From Psammoneis japonica (Eukaryota): a stretch of DNA of 64,000 nt. The stretch lies in assembly GCA_008632985.1 (NCBI GenBank), contig QPGO01000068.1, forward strand, positions 310,001-374,000. Reading direction: 5' to 3'. Positions 11,456-22,215 of this stretch are shown piece by piece. A program made the translations under genes and the position numbers. Below the pieces are notes generated by a model. It made no database searches. It was not told the origin of the DNA and saw only the letters and a program-made list of their open reading frames with translations. Every line of letters starts with the position of its first letter. Within the stretch, counting starts at the first letter, position 1.

Positions 11456-14400
11456 TTACAGCAGATCCTTCTCAAAGGCAAATTCCTCCTCGTCACTGTC
11501 CAATGGCTCGTCGTTCTTGAGCTTAGCCTTGATTCTCTTGACGAGTTGCTTCTCTTCCTTCTTGGACATCTTCTTCTTCTGTCCCTTCACCTTTGTAACG
11601 TTACCGGCGGCGTCAGTGACTTCAGTGATTTGTTGTTGCTCCTCGATCTTGGTGTCCTGCTTCAACATCCAGTCGGCATCACCCTTGGTCTCGAGGTGGC
11701 CAGCATCCATCACCCAAGTCTCGGGGCAGAGCTTGGAGCAGAACTCGTTGTTGTGCGTAATCATCACGACACCGCCGTCGAATTCCTCGATAGCTCCGGC
11801 AAGAGCACCAAGAGCGTCGCGATCAAGGTAGTTGGTGGGCTCATCAAGAATCAAAATGTGAGGCTGGTTCCACATTGCAGCAGCCAACACCACCTTGACT
11901 TTCTGTCCACCAGAGAGGGCTGACATACGGTAGTGGGTACCAAACTCACGGTCCAAACCGCAGTCTTCCAAATGCTGTTCAACATTCTTGGTAGACAGAG
12001 GGCGGACGTAGAGACCAGCACGCTGAGCAATCTTGGCATCCACAGCCTTCATGGCCTTGTCCCAACCCATCTTCTTGAGAGTCTTTGCGGGCAAGTACTC
12101 TCCAGAATCAACAGTAGAGCCGGCATAACGGACTTCGTACTCGTAATCCTTGCTCTTGTTCGTCTTACGGCCTCCAACGAGTTCCGCGACAACCTTCTTG
12201 ACCTTGCTGATCTTGCCGGTCTCGGCATCGGTGAACTGGATCTCGTATGGAGTCTTCTGCAACTTCTCCTCCTCGGGTGTGAAAACCATCGTAACCTTGA
12301 CAAGACTCTCCTTGTCCTCACCCTGGTTGGCGTATCGCCAACGAATGTATTCATTGGGAGTCTTGTTGAGGTGACTCTCAATGTGGTGGAATGCGTGCTG
12401 GGCAACGTAGGCAATACGAGCGTTGGGGTGCTTCCAGACGTCTCCCGTCTGGGGTTCAATCTCTCCGACGAGAAGCTTGATCATGGTAGACTTTCCGGCA
12501 CCGTTCTCTCCGACGCAAGCAACGCGAGAACTGAGCGAAACCTGGACACTAATATCAAACAGAGTGGGCTTATCGTTGCCGGGGTACGTGAAGGTACAGT
12601 TGCTCATCTTCATGAGAGCTTTACCCTTGGACTTGACGCCCTCAATCACACCAGGCTGGGGGAACCTGAACTTCTGCTTCGATTCCGTGAAGGAGAAGTA
12701 AGAACGGGCGGAGGGCTTGATTTTGACAAACTCATCGAGGTTGCCCTTGAAGGTGTGGAGCTTCAAGTTCTCAATCTGGAGAATGTTGGTACAGCAGTCG
12801 TTGAGAAGACCAGAATCGTGACTGACAATGATGGAGGTCACGTCGGTGAGCGAGTTCAAGTAGTTCTTAACCCAGGCAACGTTGATAACATCCAAGTGGT
12901 TGGTAGGCTCATCAAGAAGAAGGATATCAGCCTTTTGAAGCATTGCACGAGCAAGGGCGAGCTTCATACGCCATCCTCCACTCAAGGTAGACACGGCGTG
13001 ATCGGGCTTGGCCTTACCGTCGGGGACAAAACCGACAGTTCCAAGAACCTTCCTGACCTCATCCTTCTCGATATTAAGAGCTTGGATCTTCTCATCGGCA
13101 AAGACGTAGTCGACGCAGGAAAGATGGGACTGTTCACCCTGGATATCGGCTTCGACGAAAACAGTACGGACCTCGGTCACATCAGGGAACCCCTCGACCT
13201 GGTTGTTGGCGATGGCACGCATAAGCGTGGTTTTTCCGGAGTCGTTACCTCCGAGAAGACCGTAGCGCTTACCACGCTTGAGCTTCATCTTAGTGTTGTG
13301 GAGGAGAATCTTGGTACCGTAGGCAAGAGTGAACTGGCAGTTGCAAAGCTCTTCAGCATCGTCATCATCGTCGTCCTCCTCCGGGATTTCGAGCATCTGC
13401 TCTGCAACCACACGAACGGCCTCGGTCTTTTCTTCACACTGGGCTGCATCAAAGTAAGCCTTGAAAAGAGGAGAAATGTTCTTCTTCCACTGGAGCTCGT
13501 CCATGAAGTGGAGATCCATCATGCACGTCGCAATGATCGAGGCGTGGCTCACCACGGTGGCGTAACCAGGACCGGCGTCCTCCAAAGCAAAGGCCTTCTC
13601 GAACTCGGTATTGAGTTTGCTAATATCTCCACGGACAGACATAGCCTTGTCAGCAAGACCCTTGAGGCGGTTGAGTTGCTCTACGGCCTTCTCAGTGACG
13701 CTTCTGGCCTCGGGATCAGCAATACTCTCTGCGTTGGTTTGGAGAGCAGGAAGAAGGAGGGGAAGGAAAGGAGCAGCGTCGAGAGGGTTGTCGACAAGCT
13801 TACTCATGTTGTTGATAATAACAGCGGACTGGCGCTTAGTGGCAGTCTGCTTTTCGCGGAGTCCACGGAGCAAAAGGGGCACAACCATTGCAAGAGCAGG
13901 CGACTCGACACTCTGGACGAACGTAACACCAGCCATCTCGTGCATGATCTCCGGAACCTCCTTGGGCTTGGTGATAGCCGTAAGGATCTTGTCCGTCATG
14001 TGCTCAATATCCTTGTTTCCAATCACGGACAAGGCACTTCTCATGGCAGCAGTAGCAGCAGCCTTGACCTGCTTCTTGGTGTCCCACATACAAGCGGTGA
14101 CCTCGGGGACAATCTCGGGAAGAGCGTTACCGAGCTGTTTCGGTGCGGTCTCGCCAAACGAGGCGAGACATTTCAGTGCAACTTCACGCGATTGCCATTT
14201 CTTTTCAACTGGGAGCTGTGCAAAAATTGGTGGGAGGAGTGATTTCATGGCGAATGGAGTGATCTTTTGACAGATGACAATGGCGCACTCTGATGACGCC
14301 TTACGGACATCGGCACTCTTCGAGAGTGCTTGCTCGATACCTGCGAGGATCGTACGACAAATGAATATAACGTGAGATTTCAGTCGGGGGTCGAAGTTAC

Positions 14401-14772
14401 GATGATGTTAAGTCAATAACACAATCCCGTCAAAGCTGCGATGACATAAAGTCAATAACACAACCCCATCGAAGCTGCGATGACGTAAAGTCAATAACAC
14501 AATCCCGCAAGTGCGTCATTGCAAAGTCTGAACTTACATGGTGTGAGGCATTCCTTGGTAAATGCTTCCGCTTCTGGGGCACCTTCCATAAGAGCCTTGG
14601 CAGTAGCGATTCCGGCAAGAGCTTCCTTCTCGTCCTTAGACGCACACTTGGCGACAAGAGCGCTGATGTTAGCAGCCAAGCCTGACTTTTCGACTCCATC
14701 GGCCTTCACGGCATCGACGATGGAGGCTTCATCGCCGACAGAAAGTGCGGCAAACTTTTCTTCAAGAGACAT
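11456..14772 (-). CDS. EF3: Translation elongation factor 3 (eEF3; HEAT region plus two ABC ATPase domains with a chromodomain-like insert)
   Basis: Exon 1 (14772-14538, MSLEEKF...) splices in frame over a GT-AG intron (14537-14341) to exon 2 (14340-11456). Motifs: KWQS, EELCNCQFTLAYG, GGNDSGKT, LSGGWRMK, GENGAGKST, AYVAQHAFHHIE, LSGGQKVK, and a basic/acidic tail. Confidence 0.95.
14390..14506. repeat. Three copies of a 39-bp minisatellite in the eEF3 intron
   Basis: Consensus gtcgaagctgcgatgacgtaaagtcaataacacaatccc at 14390, 14429 and 14468. Confidence 0.95.
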
Positions 14773-16657
14773 GTTAAGTATTACTCTGGGATCAACAGAT
14801 GTCGCAGAGATCTAGAAAAGAACGGATAAAGGGGACGGTATCAGGTGAGCTTAGGTGGAAAATTGATGAAAAGCTGAATGAATTCCGAGACATCGAGAAA
14901 ATGGTATCGGCATGTTTCACAATCGGCAGAGAGACGAACGCAAAACAGAAGATCACCAATTCCAACGTCAGAATATGCTCCTTTGGTAGGTTCTAGACCG
15001 AGACAGTAAACTCCATGGTCTCCGTTCCACACGATTGGTCATCCTGGACTTGCTTACCTGCTAATGACGGAATAGTGAGGAGGGTTTTGACAGAAAAAAA
15101 TCTGGCCGTGTGAATCTCGTGACCACCGATGGCTATCAACGGTTCACAGAGCGTGACGTGTACAACTAGTACGGAGCGCTACGGGGAACGTACCATTTTT
15201 GCCACGTGAACAAGTGGGCCGTACCTTTCTACGGCCATTTGCGCGCCAAAACAGGCACACGTCATTTCGCGCCAAGTGATGCAAGCCACACACACATTCA
15301 ACATCAGAAACCCAGGCAAGCAATGGACAGACGGTTGAGGATTAGCAAGTTAGTCTAGTTAGTTATTTAGTTACCGGTAGGGCCCTACTCGAGTACAGTA
15401 GCTACAATGCTAAATGGATAGTTCGTCTGCTTTGTGTATCGATCATAACTCTATTCTCTCCAAGCTACGAGACCAATTAGCTCTATCACACTGTACAATC
15501 AATTGTTGTCCACACTCTCTCTCTCGCTATAGCGTATCAATTGGATTGGACTTGCTTCGAATTTGATCACTTGTTCAGCACATTCATTTTCCAATGGTTT
15601 CATTTAGACTAGCTGTGATAAGTTATCCGATGATTCATGCAATCGAACCATACAGTGCCCGCTACACAGATCACAGATGATAATGTCCTGGCTATCCACA
15701 AGTCAACCTGTGGGAGTGAAAGCGAACACACCAAACAACGCGTTAGCCTCACAAACGACAAGTAACGGGACTCAGCGTATATTAAAGTTTGTTTGTGCAA
15801 CCTTCATGGAGACAATCAGGATTGCAGGTTGAGTGTCTTCACAGTCCCAATGCCGAAAGTGTTGCAATTTCATATCCCATCAGATTGTAGAACAGAATAA
15901 CATTTCATTTTTCTTCTCATGACACAAAAGTGTTCTGAAGGTGTCCTAAGATGAAAAATCATCACTTGGAAGTTGAAATCGAAAAGGCTAAGAGATGTTT
16001 TGATTGCGCCGGTGTATCGTCATTCACGCCTAAAAAATGTCGATCAAAAGGACATGAGGTCCCTCCGTCTCATTATATCAGTATGTTTGGAATCGATCAT
16101 TATGACTTGTGACACACAACGACGCACTCATAAAATACATCTTATGCTCAAGAGAGTTTTTCACTCGTACGAACAAGCGCCTCAGAGCACCACTTACTTC
16201 TTCCAGCAGTTACTGTAGCAACAAGCGGTATCTTGGAATATGAATTTCGCTTCACTACTTCATATTCTCCTTATTACGATCCGTAGATTGAAGAAACTTT
16301 AAGATTTACAGTAGAATCGTATATCTACCACATACTCATTTTCAAGTGTACCGTTCACTGAACAGGTGGAGAAACTTCCTCATGCGTACGGTATCCTTCA
16401 GGCGCCATCGTCTGCTCGCTTTTTGTGAGTTTTTTGGTGGATCGCAATCGAAATCGCGGACGGAGGACTGACGCTGCTATGGAGTCAGTCGAATGGGTCG
16501 AGTTGAATCCCGAACCTTTATTTCGCGCGCAATTTTGATCTTTTTGGCGCAAAGCCACGATCGGCGGGAAGCTCGCCAGCACGACGAACACGATGACAGC
16601 GACAACGTTATTCCGCCCATCTTCGTTCGTCCTTCATGCATAAAACTGAAACATAAA

Positions 16658-17786
16658 ATGTCGAATCCTCCTCCCGCCAAGCGACAAACAAAGCTGAAGC
16701 GTCATGAGTCTGTTCGGCCATACGATGAAGGTGATCCTATCGCTGAGGACCTTCCTGATCCCCGTAGCACACTCTCATTCTCGGATAACATGAGAAACGC
16801 CACTTCAGCCGCCTTTCGCGGAGGTACAGCAGGAGCAGCCGCCATGGGTACGTTGGGCGTGTTCGAAATCAATGATCGATACAAAATGTTTGCAGATTTA
16901 TTGCATACTTTATGACATACTGGTGAAATCTCAGCAATTATTCTCTCCTCTCTCCCACCTCACATTTCACCTTTCTTTCTGTCTTTCTACTCTATCAGCC
17001 GCCAATGTAGCTTGTCTGATGTGGCTAAGAACAACAGTCTACTATCAATACAGAAATGGAACCAGTTTTCCACATGCCCTTCGAACATTGTACTCTCAAG
17101 GGGGGGTCTTGCGTTTCTATCGAGGAGTTGTACCCGCTTTGATTCAAGGTCCGCTGAGTCGATTTGGTGACACCGCCGCAAACACTGGGGTTTTGACATT
17201 TTTGAATAGTATGGAGAGAACAAGAGATATGTCTTCTTTTTCTAAAACAGCCATTGCATCTCTGTCAGCAGGTTGTTTTCGCGTCATTCTCATGCCCATT
17301 GACACCACAAAAACGTCAATGCAAGTGAATGGAAGCATCAAACCACTGGTTGAAAAGATTGGAAAAAGTGGACCGTCTGTATTATTTCATGGTAGTGTTG
17401 CATCTGCCAGCGCCACCTTTGTGGGTCACTTTCCTTGGTACTTTACATTTAACTACTTATCAGATGTGCTTCCCACAAAGCCAGAAGGCGAGGAAAGCAA
17501 ACTGTTCGATTTGGGGAGACTTGCCTTCATCGGCTTTGTGTCGTCGGCGGTAAGTGACACGTGCAGCAATAGTATCCGTGTCGTCAAGGTCAACAAGCAA
17601 ACTAGCAGTGTGCCTATATCATATGCCCAAGCGACAAAGAACGTGATTGAATCGTCAGGTGTTTCTGGACTTCTTTTCAGAGGTCTTGAAACAAAACTGC
17701 TTGCCAACGGACTGCAAAGTATTCTCTTTTCGATACTCTGGAAGAACTTTGAGCAAGCTCTTTTTGGAAAGGAAATAAAAACATGA
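16658..17786 (+). CDS. Mitochondrial carrier family (SLC25) protein
   Basis: ATG at 16658 and an intron at 16848-16998 join GGTAGAAAM to AANVACLMWLRTT. Motifs GVLRFYRG, MPIDTTKT and GLLFRGL; three-repeat layout. Confidence 0.9.
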
Positions 17787-18164
17787 GAGAGTATGCGGTT
17801 GCAGGAGGGGTAGTAATTGCTCTGTGACCAGCTCGTCATTCGTATTCTGTTCAAAGTGCAGAACAGACCTGGTTCGGTTCGTCGATAGCATACCTATGAG
17901 AGCAAAGATGTTCTCTATCAGTTATCAGAGCAATTTCGAACCTATCTGTCTAGACTCTCTCTAGATGAAACATTCATCTACCGCGTCAGACAGTTCTCTC
18001 CTCGTTACATGCCCTAAGCTCTACGAGCCTGCATCTGCTACCGGTACTGTCCCCAGACGGTAGTCAAACTCTCGCCGCCTCTGCCGGTACTCTCTACAAG
18101 AGAGAGATCATCTATTATTACTAGATTTATCTGGCTCATTGCCCATCCCATCTGAGTTCTTGCT

Positions 18165-18252
18165 CTACTCTACTACTGTAGCTACTACTCTAGAGCTCTA
18201 GTAGCTCTAGTAGCTACTCTCTACTAGTAGCTAGAGAGTAGCTACTCTAGCA
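18165..18252. repeat. CTAG/CTAC/TAG-rich low-complexity tract
   Basis: ctactctactactgtagctactactctagagctctagtagctctagtagctactctctactagtagctagagagtagctactctag; similar tracts recur in other intergenic gaps. Confidence 0.8.
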
Positions 18253-18423
18253 TACAGATGACGTATTTTGTGTAAGAACCCGGAGGTTCTGACGTTTTGT
18301 GCTCACATTTTTTCCCCGCTCTTTTTCGCTCGTGTTGTGAGTTGTGAGGGTCGCGATGGTTGGATGTTGCTTCGTTGTCCTCGCCTTTGAGGAATAATCG
18401 CTCATTGCTGCTATCTTTAAACA

Positions 18424-20568
18424 ATGCGTGTTGTGTCGCTGTTTGCAGGTATCATCGCCGTATTTTTGGCTGGGGCTAGTGGCTTTGCTGCAATGCCACC
18501 ACTTTCAAAAGCAAAGGATCATTTGCCTCTCGCGCAAGATGCAATGACGTACCTCGACATGTCACCGGATCCCTTCCATGCTGTACAAACGTCCGTCGAT
18601 ATGTTGAATGCTGCGGGATTTAAGGAGCTTCGTGATGATTCCCCCTATACGGGGAAAATAGTGCCAGGTAAAGCAACTTGAGACGTCTCCTCTCCATCAT
18701 GGTCCTCGCTCCTAGCCAGCTGCCATCACCAACCGAAAAAGCTGCGCTCGCAACTAGTGTTGTATGTGCCGGACTCCGGCTAGAATATCGCTATCTCTTT
18801 CACCAGATTCCTTACAAAAGCCTTTTCGTGTTTGCAACGAAATTGTAAAACAGGTGGGAAATATTTCTTCACTCGCAACAAATCTACGATCGTTGCTTTT
18901 GCGGTTGGTGAAAAGTATGAGCCTGGAAACGGTTTCAAAGTCATAGGTGGCCATACAGATTCGCCAAATTTGAAGGTAAAACCAAGGTCCAAGCGAAAAT
19001 CCAGCGGAGTTACGCAGCTAGGCGTCGAATGTTACGGAGGCGGGTTGTGGCATACCTGGTGAGTTAGCTTTGTATATACACTTTCTACTTGAACGAAATG
19101 AAAGGCTTTGTAAAAGCTACGCAGTTGTCATATTAACAAAGATACACTGCGGCCTTGCTTTTTTCGTCAGGTTTGATCGTGACCTCGGGTTAAGCGGACG
19201 GGTGTTGGTGCGAAACGGCGAAAGGTGAGGAACTATAAACCAAACATACCCTGCAAGTCTCCCAGATATGAGGCATACGATTGCTTTGGTCTGACACAAA
19301 TCACCTTCTTCTCTTTTTGAAATGATAGTGGCGAAATCGAGCAGAAGCTCGTCAAGATTGACCGATCCGTAGTGCGCATTTCTAATCTCGCTATTCATTT
19401 ACAAACCGCAAAAGAAAGAGAGGCCTTTGCTGTCAACAAAGAGGATCACTTAAGTCCGATTCTGGCGATGGAAACGAAGAAGGTACGACGCGTTGGCTTC
19501 AGCAATTTCTTGCTGTGTCCGTTGCTAACCAAATTCGGTGTTTGATAGGCGCTATCCGGAGACAACTCAACTAATGCGAAGGACGGGTGGTCTGAGTATC
19601 AGGAGCCATTGTTGCTTCAGCTGCTTGCTAGTGAACTTGGTGTTGAAACAACGGATATTGCAGACTTTGAATTGAACCTATTTGATATCCAAAAGTCATC
19701 GTTGGGTGGAGTGCACTCGGAATTTATTAACTCAGCACGGTTGGACAATCTTGCAAGCTGTTTCCTTGCTGTTAAGGCTTTGGTCGAATACGTTGAAGAA
19801 GGAAAACTAGATGACGACGAAGATGTGTCACTTGTTGCATTGTTTGACCATGAAGAAGTTGGAAGCTCAAGCGCGTACGTGTTTTATCTTGTTTGAGTGA
19901 ATTATGTCCACGATTTCGTTGAATGCATGACTGACGATGAAGGTTGTCTGGTTTCTTTCTCTAAAGGACCGGCGCGGGGTCTCCAATCATGGGAGAAGCT
20001 GTAGAACGCATTTCTTCAGCTTTAAACGGAGGAAATGGCAATGCTGATATTTATGGATCATCAATTCGTCGGAGCTTTGTACTGTCGGTGGATCAAGCAC
20101 ACGCGATTCATCCAAATTACGCGTCAAAGCATGAAAAAAGCCACCAGCCAAAAATGAATGATGGGATGGTAATAAAGCGCAACAGTAACCAGAGATACGC
20201 CACAAATGGTATTACGGGATTCATTGTTCGCGAAATTGCTCGAAGAGCAGGCCTCCCTCCTGTCCAAGAGTTTGTGGTCCGAAACGACTGCGCTTGTGGC
20301 AGCACGATTGGACCCATCATTAGTTCTGCCACAGGAATTCGAGCAATCGACATGGGATGTCCACAATTGTCCATGCACTCGATTCGTGAGACGATGGGAG
20401 TTTGCGACTGTAAGTGGCGCGAGTCATGTTTTTGGCTACGGGCTTGTGCATTGCTTCATTCCTGACTGTAACTCTTTCTTGCTACTGCTTTTAGTATCAA
20501 ATGGTTTGGCGCTATTCAAAGCTTATTTTGGGATGTTTAGAGAGGTTGACTCGGCACTAGAACAATGA
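18424..20568 (+). CDS. DNPEP: Aspartyl aminopeptidase (peptidase M18) with N-terminal signal peptide
   Basis: Motifs [56 protein letters not shown] and QLSMHSIRE across seven exons with six GT-AG introns (first intron 18668-18853). Confidence 0.93.
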
Positions 20569-21059
20569 AGCAAAGGGTGGATAGAAAATGAAGCTCGGCT
20601 GCCCATTGTGGAATGAACCTGGCAGATCCATGAGAGGGTGAAAATCTTGAGTATCTTTTATAAGAAGAAGTATCCCCACACCATGCAAGTGTGCGTATTT
20701 TCGTTCAATGCCTCCTTAAATGTCGATCCGCAACATTTGCATGTGTGATCTTCCATCACGCTTCTCCGCTCTCTTCTCTCACAGCCCCTTGGTGGCTCCA
20801 GTCATTCCTTACTCTGCATGATGATCAATTTCGATTTTCTGTTCCGACGAAATGAAGTCACCTCGCGAGCATCACCTTTCAGCCAGCGACCTCCTCACTC
20901 TGGAGAAACTCGGTTGCACCACTGACCAAGCTTGCCTTGTATTGACGCCTCTGCTGACTCCTGTCTCATCAACTCTCCACGAGCTCATCAAGCTCATTGA
21001 ACTGTTTGAGCTCGGTCCTTGATGCCACAACAGCCACCACTACCCACTCCTCCAAACTG

Positions 21060-21990
21060 GTAGTTGTCTCGCTTTGACTACACCGAGATTCGGTTCCACA
21101 ATGCCGACTGGGAGTCCTCAATCTTTTACGCCTGGATCATCCAGATTCTACTCTCTGAGCGGGTTGAAGTGCCGGCAACAATCGAGTCAGTCGGCTAGGA
21201 AAATAAAGTTGCAAGTTTTTACCATCCCGATTATGTCCTGTGGTACTCAAACGAGACCTATCCGTTCAACGCTTTAAAAGTTGGCTCACGGCATCGGAGA
21301 CTGCCGCAAGAAACGCTCGAAGAAACTATGTGCACACATACTGCCAGAAGTTTGGAGCACAGAGCAACTGAGCTGGCTCAAAGCCATAGATGAGGGATAC
21401 ATCGAGGCTGCCTCTCGAAATGGTATGGTGGGTATGATCAGCTGATATAACCAAATTCCTTGCCATCAAGGACCCAGCCTTTGTATCGTACTTTGGCATG
21501 CATGGCGAGGTGAATCGAAAAAAGCTCGTTGGTACTTTTGGTACACCAACAACCTGGTTGGAGTGGTGTCGCAACCTGTCGCCGTCCGACTGTAATAACG
21601 ACGGAACAACAGCACGATGGTCAAAGAACGGCACGTCCGAGGAAGCTACTTACTTTGTCGAGGGGATGTGCACGGGGCATTTCAGGTTCACTAAGGAGAA
21701 CGACTGCTCACTGAATCCTAGCACATGCACGGGCCACAACGTCGATGCTGTCTGCACTTGGGGTGGCTTTTTGATGCGCAGGCTTCTTAGCCTGACATTG
21801 CGCTCAAGTCAAATGGGCCGTTGGAACCGAATGGGGGATACTCGTACGATATCATGATCGAAAAATGGAGGGCTGCCAATACAACACAGTCTGCTGTCAT
21901 TGGGTATTTGGTCGCGGCCGGATGCGACTGTTCAGGAATTTACAGACAGTTTGTACGAATTCCAGCAAGTTGTCCTCTCCGGATTCAGCA
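21060..21990 (+). pseudogene. Disrupted extracellular-domain fragment of a diatom class-C-GPCR / receptor-cyclase-type protein
   Basis: DWESSIFYAWIIQILLSERVEVPATIES*, then KDPAFVSYFGMHGEVNRKKLVGTFGTPTTW...CTGHFRFTKENDCSLNPSTCTGH...GGYSYDIMIEKWRAANTT, in shifting frames with stops. The family assignment is from recalled similarity, not a search. Confidence 0.6.
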
Positions 21991-22215
21991 CTTGAGTAAC
22001 GATGAAAGTACCGAATGCTTTCCAACGCCTTCCTTTTTTTTTTTTTTTATCTGTGCATCTCCTTGTTTATCAGGGTCAACTTGGGTGAATCTGGCCACTT
22101 GGCGAACCGGAGACGGCGATGATAATGTTGATGAATTCCTAAAGGATGATATCATATCACTCTACTACATCTATTAAATTATTAGCAAAGCAGCCTACAC
22201 CCGCAGTCTCAGTTT

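Larger units (their letters stand above)
9401..11476. repeat. Tandem duplication of about 1 kb (copy A 9401-10525, copy B 10526-11476) that includes the eEF3 3' end
   Basis: tccaaggcctcaattccttgg starts both copies, and both carry a (CAA)n tract. Both end in aagcctt(a/g)cagcagatcctt(c/t)tcaaa, which is the stop codon and last codons of eEF3. Confidence 0.9.

Noticed and set aside
11933..14242. 769-aa plus-strand ORF
   Set aside because: Antisense shadow of the codon-biased eEF3 CDS; no independent motifs.
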